Shown here in pieces: positions 1 to 12,919 of a stretch of DNA of 64,000 bases. The DNA lies in assembly GCA_051294905.1 (NCBI GenBank), contig CM119371.1, positions 7,628,001 through 7,692,000 of the forward strand, in the 5' to 3' direction. This stretch comes from Botryllus schlosseri. Its lineage: Eukaryota. The notes below the pieces were generated by a model. That model saw only the letters and a list, made by a program, of their open reading frames with translations. It was not told the DNA's origin and searched no databases. The position numbers and the translations under genes were made by a program. Each line of letters opens with the position of its first letter. Position 1 is the first letter of the stretch.

Positions 1-3000
1 TTATCAAAAATGTTATAGTACCGCATCGGAATCCATTCGCGGATGTACCAAAGGTAAATCCAGATAATCCAAAATGAAATATTTGGACTTTGACAAACAT
101 GACTACCAACTGTGATCCAGTCACATTTCAAGATCATACTTTGAAACAATCCTTGAAACTTACAACTCTATTCACGACTGAGTTTTCCGTTTATCAAATA
201 GAGTTTCAGTAAATACTATCGCTATGGTGTCGCTATATTTTAATGTATAGAATCAATCAATGAAATAACACCTGTTGTAAATATTTCTAACTTGACAACC
301 ACTTGTCCATACCGCGATCGACTTGTGACGCGATGAGTTAAATCGGAATATTTCAATCTATTTGTCGAAACCTTGAACAAACTATCAGGTTATTTTTTGT
401 TGTAATCGAGTGAACGGAATTAGTAATACGTCTCAACATTTTAACATCTTGCCACCAACAAAAGAGTAAAATACAAAAACCTTGTCAAGTCAATCCGTTT
501 GTAACTCACCGAACCAAAGCAAAAAGTGTCCATGCGAAAAGTAGACAAGACTACACCAGTAATCACTACAATCCAAAATCCATAGCAAGTTCGGTTTTAG
601 GCGTATACCACCAACTCGTCTTTTTATTTGTTCAACTGTAAAAGTCGTTACTATTCTGTAAGATAAAGTAATTACTACTCGGTATATTTTATAAACCAAA
701 GTAAATACTACTCGGTGTCTGGTTTGAGATTAACATATTACATTTGAGTATACCGGATTTGAATGGCTGACCAACGTAGTTGAGAATTTATTTCTTACAA
801 TCAAACGCCGGTGTTACATCGAATGGTATCATACTGTAAACATAAGGATTGACACATTGATTTGATATATGAGATTTTGTAATGTTCGACCACGTCTTGA
901 TTATTAAATTATTCACGATAATTAGACCCGGTGTTGTGGTAAAGGTTATTAGAAAATATCACTTTTGACATCGAGCACCAGTCGAAGTGGGTGAACAATA
1001 CTTAATCCTTTCAGTGACTCCCTGTTGTACGTGCTAAATGTAAAACATTACGAGGTTAAACTCTAAGACTTTGATCAGCACAAGAGCAATTTGGACTATC
1101 TTTACTGGCTGTAACCTATTCTACTAGACAAAACTCGCAGCATTAATAAAATCAAAATATGTGCTACACTGAAATCTACAAAATGTGTTTGTATTGTTGC
1201 TAGTAGCGATCATGCATTATCATTTGAATCTTCTAAAGTAATTGTAATGATAAAACCAAACTACTCAAAGTCATTACCAACACAAAAAACGATTTCTATG
1301 ATATTCGTCAAACGCATCATACCCCAGTATGCAGAAATTATTTGTAGAGTGCATACCAACAAAGAAATCAGGAACACAACCAACACCGAAAATGATAAAT
1401 GCGTTTCGTGCTACTATTGATACAAGTTCATTTCTATCAGGTGAAATAAACGCCATCACAAAACTCAGAGCATGCAAAGGTCTTGATTGATATGAATTTC
1501 GATTTGTGTCTTATGATACCGGCAAGCATTTTAGAAATATTATGATTCGTTAAACCAAAGTCGTATGTCCGATTAATAATTGATTGGAAACTTGATCACG
1601 TACCTCGATCATTACAGAAGATTATAACACCATTGTCGGACAATCTTTTACAAAAGGATCGAAACCAAGTAACCCAAAGTCGTTGCCGTCGCATAAACAA
1701 TTTGTACGACGTTTGATAAATGTACCCGATACTTTGGTGTACTAGAAATATTTGTAAAACACACTCTGGTAAAGAAATCGAAAAGATATCCTACACCTAA
1801 ATCTGATAAAACCATTTTACACTTTTTGTTCGTCAGTAGTATCCATTTGAATTTTTCCATTTCCTCTCGTCAAAGTAGATGTAATCATAGTCGCTAAAGA
1901 ACTCACTTGGATGTGTTTGAATTCTAGACATAGTTATGATTTACTCGACGCAAGACCCAAGAACAACAGTAGTTTACAGCCGTGCACACATATCCAAAAT
2001 ATCGCACACTCCGCTATTCCTAAAGTACAAACACCCGATACAAAATATTACTTGTTGTGTTGTTGCGGCATCATCTTCACAATATCACCATTTGGTTTGT
2101 GTCAATTAGTTACTTTGTATGTTACCCCACAACTCTTACGAAAGTACGAAGGGTATTAACATCGCACTAAGTAATTAACTTTACTCGATATTCTCGCATT
2201 ACGAAACTAAAGAATGGTTGGTTAGACTCTACAAACTGTTTCGATATCACAAGACCTTTATTGTCTGAATGGGTGTTCATGTATCTTAATATTCAAATAG
2301 TTCAACACAAAACTAGTACTAACAGAAACATCACAGAGTTGTTTACACAAAAGTTTGTATATGCGCACAGTATGCGAATACCATGTGTAAGTCCAGCACA
2401 ATTGCGGTATCCATCCGAGTTTAGTTAACACAAATTTATTACAACGGAGTCACGTAAACTTTCGTGAAAGAAAAGCATACTCACTCCCAGAGGGTTATGT
2501 CAATACCATAGCAGTACCCCAACAACAAAGTACATATGTTTCTAGTCACGGTCCTTACATCTTTCACATAGATCAATCTACTTTGCTAACGAAAAGTGTT
2601 GAGTCATCACATGATCGCTCTCACAACAAAACAGCTAGTAGATATTATCATTCAAAATATTCCTAACCCTTTACACACCAGTGACAAATCATACAACGAA
2701 TATGCTTTGTGGGTCGAATTGTTGTTCAGTGTCAAGTCTACCTGTTGAAACGTACATTAAACAGCGCAATCCAATTAAAACCACGAATCTATTTTCATTT
2801 CGTCACATACAGAAAAATAAATTTAATTTCCCAAAACATACTTGTAACCAATCGCTTTCATTAAACACACAACACTATAATAGTATTTACTTTCTACAAC
2901 ATAGACATTCCGGTGTAGTCAAGAAATATTTTTAATAATCAAAATCATCGACTTCTGTTTACGGTGTTAGTGTGTGCATGTCATACATGTGGGCTCGTGT

Positions 3001-4569
3001 TAAAATGGACACGACACGACTGACTGTAAGGAGATAGAAGTCTATCGCATAGATTTACATGTGGTCTTCGCTACGGTTTCAAAAAACGAATCATCTCTTT
3101 TGCATTGATCTAGACCGAGCAAGTTAGTTAATGACCATGGTTGTGTTTGTCATATGTGAATGATAGGGTTACTGGCAAATCTACATACAACAATCTTCTG
3201 ACGATCATAATAACAATTTCATTTTCCGCCCTTCATAATTGTACAACTCGGTAACTACGTTTAACAAGACCAATCACACTACCAGCGTTGAACACAAGAT
3301 ACCTACCCAAGTAAAAATATCATTCTAGTTTGGACAACTGACGTTTACCTGTGTAAAATTATCATTTTCACTTGGAGGTCCACCGTTACCTAACTAAAAT
3401 ACCATTGTCCTTTGAAAATCTGGCGTTTACCCAGTGTAACAATACATTTTCACATGGGGGTCCATCGTTTCCCAGAGTAACAAACCCCTTTTCCTTTGGA
3501 AATCTATTTTTTTCCGTGGGTAACAAATCTTTTTCACTTGCAAATATATTTTTTCCTCGGGTAACAAACCTTTTTCACTTGCAAATATTTTTTTTCTCTT
3601 GGTAACAAACCTTTTTCACTTGGAAATATATTTTTTCTCTTGGTAACAAACCTTTTTCACTTGGAAATATATTTTTTCCCTGAGCAACAAACCATTTTCA
3701 CTTGGTGGGTCGTCGTTTACCTTAGTAAAAATATCATTTTCCTTTGGAGATCCGGCGTTTACCAGTGTAACAATACATTTTCTCTTGGTCATCTAGCTTT
3801 TCCTAGAGTAACAAAACCATTTTCATTTTGAAATCTGACAAACACACCTGACAATTTGGTATTTGTTGTATTGACGATAGTTTGAAATAGATTACAACGA
3901 ACAGTGACGGAAATATACACGGAGTTACAGAGTATACCTCCATCAGTCGTATCACATCAATATCATCGGTTAACCACATACAATATACTCTTGTACAAAG
4001 AAATGTATGTTTCGGAAAATTGGACAATAGGCTTCGATAGTTCTGTGATGTCCGGGTTCGTGCTTTGGATTTTCCAGATGTCGAAATGTCTGAATAAAAC
4101 ACCTCCTCGACGATGGTTGGTATGTGGATAACGGTGTTCGGAAAACGGTTGGATTTATGTTACCCATCGTGATAACAACTCCAGGTCGAGTTTTCCCCCC
4201 TGCATGTTTACTATATTGTATCTTTATTGGTTAGTGTATGTCTCGACATTCAGTTTGAAATCGGAAACCCTGATAAAGTACGTAACCGGATCCGGATACC
4301 AACTCTGAATCGATAAACCAATGAACAATATTCAAAGTAAACATGTTACATTCCACGAAAAAATACCATCCAGACATACGTCGCGCTTGTTTGCCCACAA
4401 CAGTATACGCGTAAATGGAGGTGTGTGACATTGCATGCAATGTGTTGGTATACAAACATCGGGGAGTAAGCCTTCGATCCACAGACATTATCATAGCCGG
4501 TAATTTTGATGTAGATCGAATGTCACCCGATAACAATACCAATAAGCCACATTGCAATGACTCTGAGTC
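1..4569. repeat. Left arm of giant inverted repeat (probably extends beyond window start)
   Basis: Base 1 pairs with 10076. Mirrored ORFs confirm it (490-699/9378-9587, 1648-1860/8217-8429, 3372-3605/6455-6688). Inner boundary ...attgcaatgactctgagtc (4569) pairs with gactcagagtcattgcaat (5492). Confidence 0.97.
3300..3830 (+). repeat. Minisatellite, ~39-40-bp unit (GGTAACAAACCTTTTTCACTTGGAAATATATTTTTTCTCTT-like)
   Basis: Near-identical units at 3500-3700, degenerating outward. Confidence 0.9.
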
Positions 4570-5491
4570 CGCGCCATTACATCGATATTTCGACACCGTT
4601 CACTGATTTATTCGATGGTGTTATCGTGTTGTAACATTACAAGATAGTCATGATCCTATCTGTAGACGGACCACCCAGATCAATTGGATACATCGGTCAA
4701 TATCCATCGTGTTGTCGACACCGAAGTTTTCTGCTGAGACTACAGCGTTTGATCTAGGTGAACTATCGAAGTACGGTGCTCGAAATGATTCCAATCAGTC
4801 TTTCAGTCACGATGCATGGATGTCGCTACTCCCACATAACGACTCCGGATAAATATCGTGCATATGTCGGACTGATATTGTGATCCAATAAGGTATGTTT
4901 CTGTGGAATGAAGACTGCAATCGTACACCACAATAGAACACTACCTCGTGATTTCACACGCAATCATAAAACACACTTTCGTAAGGGTCTAGCTCGTCCG
5001 GTGACATTTCGAAACGGTCGTCACCACAAGAGATCGGGGTTGGTCTCGTCATATCGGAGCATTTTGAAACGACATCGTCACAAGTCTATTGACGTCGATT
5101 CAGTTGGTCATGTCAATCCGTTTCACAATCCACCGTTTTTCCACTCCCCGCACCATAGTGTTACGACACAGACAAGAAGCGTCGGTGGAAATAATAAAAC
5201 ACGGAAGGGACACTTTGGTGTTATTTGACATGGATTTTACACCAGATGAACCTCACATTCGAGCGATACATTGGAATGGTGCTTGTATTATTGATGTAGA
5301 AGGAACAGAAATGTATCGATTTATTGGTTTCGTACGTATCCAACAAAAATCTGGGTATATGATTGTGCATGGTTCGCATATTTGACTGTGAACGCTCTAT
5401 TGGTATATGCTGTATAGTTCACTTTCACCGTCGTGCGAATAACCCATGTTATGGTTCGGTGTTTGTGTGTCTGTATGTCCTGCTTCAGATT
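4570..5491. other. Unique 922-bp spacer of the palindrome
   Basis: Arm complementarity stops at 4569/5492; the intervening sequence is not self-complementary. Confidence 0.9.
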
Positions 5492-8400
5492 GACTCAGAG
5501 TCATTGCAATGGGGCTTAATGGTATTGTTATCGGGTGACATTCGATCTGCATCAAAATTACCGGCTACGATAATGTCTGTGGATCGAAGGCTTACTCCCC
5601 GATGTTTGTATACCAACACATTGCATGCAATGTCACACACCTCCATTTACGCGTATACTGTTGTGGGCAAACAAGCGCGACGTATGTCTGGATGGTATTT
5701 TTTCGTGGAATGTAACATGTTTACTTTGAATATTGTTCATTGGTTTATCGATTCAGAGTTGGTATCCGGATCCGGTTACGTACTTTATCAGGGTTTCCGA
5801 TTTCAAACTGAATGTCGAGACATACACTAACCAATAAAGATACAATATAGTAAACATGCAGGGGGAAAACTCGACCTGGAGTTGTTATCACGATGGGTAA
5901 CATAAATCCAACCGTTTTCCGAACACCGTTATCCACATACCAACCATCGTCGAGGAGGTGTTTTATTCAGACATTTCGACATCTGGAAAATCCAAAGCAC
6001 GAACCCGGACATCACAGAACTATCGAAGCCTATTGTCCAATTTTCCGAAACATACATTTCTTTGTACAAGAGTATATTGTATGTGGTTAACCGATGATAT
6101 TGATGTGATACGACTGATGGAGGTATACTCTGTAACTCCGTGTATATTTCCGTCACTGTTCGTTGTAATCTATTTCAAACTATCGTCAATACAACAAATA
6201 CCAAATTGTCAGGTGTGTTTGTCAGATTTCAAAATGAAAATGGTTTTGTTACTCTAGGAAAAGCTAGATGACCAAGAGAAAATGTATTGTTACACTGGTA
6301 AACGCCGGATCTCCAAAGGAAAATGATATTTTTACTAAGGTAAACGACGACCCACCAAGTGAAAATGGTTTGTTGCTCAGGGAAAAAATATATTTCCAAG
6401 TGAAAAAGGTTTGTTACCAAGAGAAAAAATATATTTCCAAGTGAAAAAGGTTTGTTACCAAGAGAAAAAAAATATTTGCAAGTGAAAAAGGTTTGTTACC
6501 CGAGGAAAAAATATATTTGCAAGTGAAAAAGATTTGTTACCCACGGAAAAAAATAGATTTCCAAAGGAAAAGGGGTTTGTTACTCTGGGAAACGATGGAC
6601 CCCCATGTGAAAATGTATTGTTACACTGGGTAAACGCCAGATTTTCAAAGGACAATGGTATTTTAGTTAGGTAACGGTGGACCTCCAAGTGAAAATGATA
6701 ATTTTACACAGGTAAACGTCAGTTGTCCAAACTAGAATGATATTTTTACTTGGGTAGGTATCTTGTGTTCAACGCTGGTAGTGTGATTGGTCTTGTTAAA
6801 CGTAGTTACCGAGTTGTACAATTATGAAGGGCGGAAAATGAAATTGTTATTATGATCGTCAGAAGATTGTTGTATGTAGATTTGCCAGTAACCCTATCAT
6901 TCACATATGACAAACACAACCATGGTCATTAACTAACTTGCTCGGTCTAGATCAATGCAAAAGAGATGATTCGTTTTTTGAAACCGTAGCGAAGACCACA
7001 TGTAAATCTATGCGATAGACTTCTATCTCCTTACAGTCAGTCGTGTCGTGTCCATTTTAACACGAGCCCACATGTATGACATGCACACACTAACACCGTA
7101 AACAGAAGTCGATGATTTTGATTATTAAAAATATTTCTTGACTACACCGGAATGTCTATGTTGTAGAAAGTAAATACTATTATAGTGTTGTGTGTTTAAT
7201 GAAAGCGATTGGTTACAAGTATGTTTTGGGAAATTAAATTTATTTTTCTGTATGTGACAGTTTGCGAGGAAATGAAAATAGATTCGTGGTTTTAATTTGA
7301 TTGTGGCTGTGTTGTTTTAATGTACGTTTCAACAGGTAGACTTGACACTGAACAACAATTCGACCCACAAAACATATTCGTTGTATGATTTGTTACTGGT
7401 GTGTAAAGGGTTAGGAATATTTTGAATGATAATATCTACTAGCTGTTTTGTTGTGAGAGCGATCATGTGATGACTCAACACTTTTCGTTAGCAAAGTAGA
7501 TTGATCTATGTGAAAGATGTAAGGACCGTGACTAGAAACATATGTACTTTGTTGTTGGGGTACTGCTATGGTATTGACATAACCCTCTGGGAGTGAGTAT
7601 GCTTTTCTTTCACGAAAGTTTACGTGACTCCGTTGTAATAAATTTGTGTTAACTAAACTCGGATGGATACCGCAATTGTGCTGGACTTACACATGGTATT
7701 CGCATACTGTGCGCATATACAAACTTTTGTGTAAACAACTCTGTGATGTTTCTGTTAGTACTAGTTTTGTGTTGAACTATTTGAATATTAAGATACATGA
7801 ACACCCATTCAGACAATAAAGGTCTTGTGATATCGAAACAGTTTGTAGAGTCTAACCAACCATTCTTTAGTTTCGTAATGCGAGAATATCGAGTAAAGTT
7901 AATTACTTAGTGCGATGTTAATATCCTTCGTACTTTCGTAAGAGTTGTGGGGTAACATACAAAGTAACTAATTGACACAAACCAAATGGTGATATTGTGA
8001 AGATGATGCCGCAACAACACAACAAGTAATATTTTGTATCGGGTGTTTTTACTTTAGGAATAGCGGAGTGTGCGATATTTTGGATATGTGTGCACGGCTG
8101 TAAACTACGGTTGTTCTTGGGTCTTGCGTCGAGTAAATCATAACTATGTCTAGAATTCAAACACATCCAAGTGAGTTCTTTAGCGACTATGATTACATCT
8201 ACTTTGACGAGAGGAAATGGAAAAATTCAAATGGATACTACTGACGAACAAAAAGTGTAAAATGGTTTTATCAGATTTAGGTGTAGGATATCTTTTCGAT
8301 TTCTTTACCAGAGTGTGTTTTACAAATATTTCTAGTACACCAAAGTATAGGGTACATTTATCAAACGTCGTACAAATTGTTTATGCGACGGCAACGACTT

Positions 8401-10076
8401 TGGGTTACTTGGTTTCGATCCTTTTGTAAAAGATTGTCCGACAATGGTGTTATAATCTTCTGTAATGATCGAGGTACGTGATCAAGTTTCCAATCAATTA
8501 TTAATCGGACATACGACTTTGGTTTAACGAATCATAATATTTCTAAAATGCTTGCCGGTATCATAAGACACAAATCGAAATTCATATCAATCAAGACCTT
8601 TGCATGCTCTGAGTTTTGTGATGGCGTTTATTTCACCTGATAGAAATGAACTTGTATCAATAGTAGCACGAAACGCATTTATCATTTTCGGTGTTGGTTG
8701 TGTTCCTGATTTCTTTGTTGGTATGCACTCTACAAATAATTTCTGCATACTGGGGTATGATGCGTTTGACGAATATCATAGAAATCGTTTTTTGTGTTGG
8801 TAATGACTTTGAGTAGTTTGGTTTTATCATTACAATTACTTTAGAAGATTCAAATGATAATGCATGATCGCTACTAGCAACAATACAAACACATTTTGTA
8901 GATTTCAGTGTAGCACATATTTTGATTTTATTAATGCTGCGAGTTTTGTCTAGTAGAATAGGTTACAGCCAGTAAAGATAGTCCAAATTGCTCTTGTGCT
9001 GATCAAAGTCTTAGAGTTTAACCTCGTAATGTTTTACATTTAGCACGTACAACAGGGAGTCACTGAAAGGATTAAGTATTGTTCACCCACTTCGACTGGT
9101 GCTCGATGTCAAAAGTGATATTTTCTAATAACCTTTACCACAACACCGGGTCTAATTATCGTGAATAATTTAATAATCAAGACGTGGTCGAACATTACAA
9201 AATCTCATATATCAAATCAATGTGTCAATCCTTATGTTTACAGTATGATACCATTCGATGTAACACCGGCGTTTGATTGTAAGAAATAAATTCTCAACTA
9301 CGTTGGTCAGCCATTCAAATCCGGTATACTCAAATGTAATATGTTAATCTCAAACCAGACACCGAGTAGTATTTACTTTGGTTTATAAAATATACCGAGT
9401 AGTAATTACTTTATCTTACAGAATAGTAACGACTTTTACAGTTGAACAAATAAAAAGACGAGTTGGTGGTATACGCCTAAAACCGAACTTGCTATGGATT
9501 TTGGATTGTAGTGATTACTGGTGTAGTCTTGTCTACTTTTCGCATGGACACTTTTTGCTTTGGTTCGGTGAGTTACAAACGGATTGACTTGACAAGGTTT
9601 TTGTATTTTACTCTTTTGTTGGTGGCAAGATGTTAAAATGTTGAGACGTATTACTAATTCCGTTCACTCGATTACAACAAAAAATAACCTGATAGTTTGT
9701 TCAAGGTTTCGACAAATAGATTGAAATATTCCGATTTAACTCATCGCGTCACAAGTCGATCGCGGTATGGACAAGTGGTTGTCAAGTTAGAAATATTTAC
9801 AACAGGTGTTATTTCATTGATTGATTCTATACATTAAAATATAGCGACACCATAGCGATAGTATTTACTGAAACTCTATTTGATAAACGGAAAACTCAGT
9901 CGTGAATAGAGTTGTAAGTTTCAAGGATTGTTTCAAAGTATGATCTTGAAATGTGACTGGATCACAGTTGGTAGTCATGTTTGTCAAAGTCCAAATATTT
10001 CATTTTGGATTATCTGGATTTACCTTTGGTACATCCGCGAATGGATTCCGATGCGGTACTATAACATTTTTGATAA
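5492..10076. repeat. Right arm of giant inverted repeat
   Basis: Reverse complement of 1-4569 with scattered SNPs, a net 17-bp indel near 7250-7320 and a 1-bp homopolymer difference near 5861. Confidence 0.97.
6230..6760 (-). repeat. Mirror copy of the ~39-40-bp minisatellite
   Basis: Reverse complement of 3300-3830. Confidence 0.9.
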
Positions 10077-10554
10077 TAATGACTCAAGGATTTTCAATCA
10101 ACAATACTGGAATTTTTTGGTAATGCTAGAGTTGCCAAATGATTAGTTGCGTGTTTTTGTTAAGTGTTTGATTTCAAGTTAATAAAGACAATAACTGTGT
10201 AATGCACATACTTGTGATTCTTGATTCTTGTATTGATTCTATAAGTGTGAAAACAGTGGCGCGGAATGTGCGAATAATTCGATGCGGCTGAAAGTCGGCG
10301 TCAGTAATATTCGGGTTACGTTCGATTCAACAAAAACGCGTTAAGGGATTTGTCAAAGGATTAGAGTTGTACCGATTTAAAACATTCAGATACGAATCGA
10401 CTTGATTTGTGTAGTGAGTTTCATTTCAAGTTGATAAACTAACACATTGATTGAATATTTTCATGGATCTTATCACGCAACTAAAGTCAGCCACTATTCT
10501 GGAGGTGTGAAACATATAGCGATCGCGGGCGAGTGACAAATTGTTGGTTTTCGA

Positions 10555-11095
10555 ATCACCGTCTGCGACGGCTCTGTGACAAACTTATTACCGAAATATT
10601 ACCTTGTGAGCGGGTATGAGAGATTGCTATATGTCTGAAGCATTATCCGGTGAGTGGTCGTTGGATTTTAAAATTATATCACACCCTTTTGAATAAGCGT
10701 TCACTTCACAAAGGATTAGGGTTAGAGCGGAAATAAGTGACAATTTGTCGCTATTCAAGTTACCGACACTGGCGGTCTGTTATTCGTTACTTAATAAATC
10801 TTACGAGTGAAATCAAGTTCCGTATCAAACTATCAAAATATTACCTTGTGAGCGATTGGTATGTATGTAACATCAAGTCGCGAATGATGGTTATGTCTGG
10901 GACATTATCTTGTGAGTGATCGTAGCATTTTACAAATATTTCACACCTTTTTTGAAGTGTTAGTTTGTGTGGACGGTTATTGTTGGTGTTGGAAGCGCCG
11001 TCTACGCCGGCTCTGTGACAAAATAATTACCAAAATATAATTCTGCGAGTGATTCCAAGATTTTATAAACTATTCCACACCTTTTTTGCTGAAAG
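10555..11095 (+). repeat. About three degenerate direct repeats
   Basis: Recurrent cggctctgtgacaaa (two copies), aaatattaccttgtgagcg and cacacctttt motifs near 10560-10700, 10830-10955 and 11000-11090. Confidence 0.7.
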
Positions 11096-11840
11096 TACGA
11101 ATCTCCGCCGCGTCCATAAGAATAACGCTAACCGCATGCCAACGCACCCATAAGACATAAGAGTCGCATGCCAACACGAGTATCCAATACGACATGCGAG
11201 AGATGTCTATACCCGAAAGGGCGATTCACGACCGCACCCATAAGAACACATGGCGAGTCACCACAGATCCGTAAGAATACATGACAGGCGAATCACCGCC
11301 GCCGCCTATACCCGAAGTACGAATCACGACCGCGTCCATAAGAATCCATTACGAATCACGGGAAAGTACGAATCACGACCGCGAGTTTTCATTACGATTC
11401 AGGAATAGTGTAATAATCGATAGTAGCGGCTGGACGAGAAATAATTCGGTGCGCAGGTCATTCGAAATATAGGTCGCACGCGTAATCCTATTGCAAGCCG
11501 CGTTTCCGTTGGTGCGGTTATTGTTGGTGACTCGTACATATTCAACACCGCGCGAGAGATGCCTATACTCGAAAGTGCGACATGCCGCCACGAGTTTCCA
11601 TGCGATGTGCGAGAGATGCCTATATCTAAAAGTGCGACATGCCACCACGAGTTTTCCATGCGATGTGCGAGAGATGCCTATATCTAAAAGTGCGACATGC
11701 GAGCGCACCCATAAGAACCAATGGCGATGTGCGACCGAGAGGGGGGTCTAAAAGCGCGATATGCCACCCCGGGTTTCCAGGCGATATGCCACCCCGCCCA
11801 TAAGAGCCCCATGCAAAAAACACCAAGTCACGACCGATCT
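11096..11840 (+). repeat. GC-richer subterminal repeat array
   Basis: Recurrent CCATAAGA, CACGACCG and GAGATGCCTATA..AAAGTGCGACATGC motifs; ~58-bp unit repeated at 11555-11700. Confidence 0.8.
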
Positions 11841-11851
11841 ACTATACTACT

Positions 11852-12919
11852 CATGTATTGCTATCAATTTTCATCCTGTCTCTGTTCACGTAATCTGATT
11901 TAGCGGTAGAGCTGAGTGAGGTGTGTTTGAAAAGGTATAGGTCCCCTCAATAGTAATTAAACATCTCCGGGGGTATACCCGTTGACAGGAACGTAACAGC
12001 ACTTCGTCAGGACCCCGGGCTCCTATAAGGTGATAAACTGACCCAGCATCACGTTGTCCGCTTTTACCACGAAATTAAAGTTGTACTGTTTAGTGAGACA
12101 GCGCGACGCGCGAATATTTCGATAGTTCATGATAAAATCGGTGAATAAGATCGGGAATTGCATGGTTGTCCTCTTTGCCCACGTAATCAGACTTACCGGT
12201 AGAGCTGAGTGAGAGGTGTCTTTGAAACTGCAGACCCCGTAATATTAAACATTTTCAGGTGGGCTTGACTTAGGTATGACTTCTTTACATGGTGTTATTT
12301 TGTGACCTCCCGTCTGCTATATCAAAAAATGTAGAATTGCCCAAATCCAATAAACTGAAAGATCACACGATTTCAGATAGGTATTTCTTCACTGGCATAT
12401 AATTTTCTTTCCTGCGGGATGGTATTTGTCTTGTGAGGTTCAGATTGCCAAGACAAGAACATTCGGCGCCGGTCATTTAGGCGCCTATATGGACAATTAA
12501 ACCTATATGTATTTTGTATATGTCACGAAGTTTTTGGTATTTCGAAGTTTTTGGTTAGCCTAAAAGCAGTCCTTTACGGCCAAGGCTTTCTCGTTGCCGA
12601 TCGTTCTGACACACTTCTTGGAGTCACATGTTACATGGCCTAAAACTTCATATGTCATGGTGCGTTGTGGTGCGGTCATGGCCAATGCTGATATGCCCAT
12701 TTCTATAAATTTTGCGTATTTTTTGGGGGGGAAGAGTACCCAATAATCAAGATATGTGGCGCATTAAAATCGCGCCAGGCGCGAAAACTTTTTGAAAAAG
12801 TTGCATAAATTTTCAAAAAAATACTCTGTTATTTATGCTAATTCACGAAGTAATTTTGGTCCCCCATCGAGCTCGGCCTCCTCAATTGAGGGGTTTGGGG
12901 TGCGGCAGCTACGGCCCTG
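11852..12919. mobile_element. Non-autonomous TIR element 'family H' (hAT-like), left part cut off by the palindromic element
   Basis: Aligns with ~59630-60709 and ~32030-32547; right TIR ...GCGGCAGCTACGGCCCTG. Confidence 0.75.

Larger units (their letters stand above)
1..11851. mobile_element. Putative non-autonomous palindromic Maverick/Polinton-like element, right portion
   Basis: Ends ...CTACTATACTACT at 11851 (rev-comp AGTAGTATAGTAG; AGTAGT-type ends are typical of Mavericks). Subterminal repeat arrays precede it and it abuts the middle of a repeat seen intact at 59397-60709. No intact PolB, integrase or capsid gene recognised. Confidence 0.55.

Noticed and set aside
3300..3830. CRISPR-like array
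   Set aside because: Units are head-to-tail with no unique spacers, and the context is eukaryotic.
1..10076. Short mirrored ORFs as intact genes
   Set aside because: 60-155 aa, many with non-ATG starts, duplicated only by the palindrome; at best decayed remnants.
1..10076. Pure read fold-back artefact
   Set aside because: Disfavoured by the unique 922-bp spacer, structured indels and a plausible element terminus; not fully excluded without reads.
10716..10725. Telomeric repeat
   Set aside because: Isolated TTAGGGTTAG, no array.
11281..11903. Overlapping ORFs as genes
   Set aside because: By-products of the GC-richer subterminal repeats.
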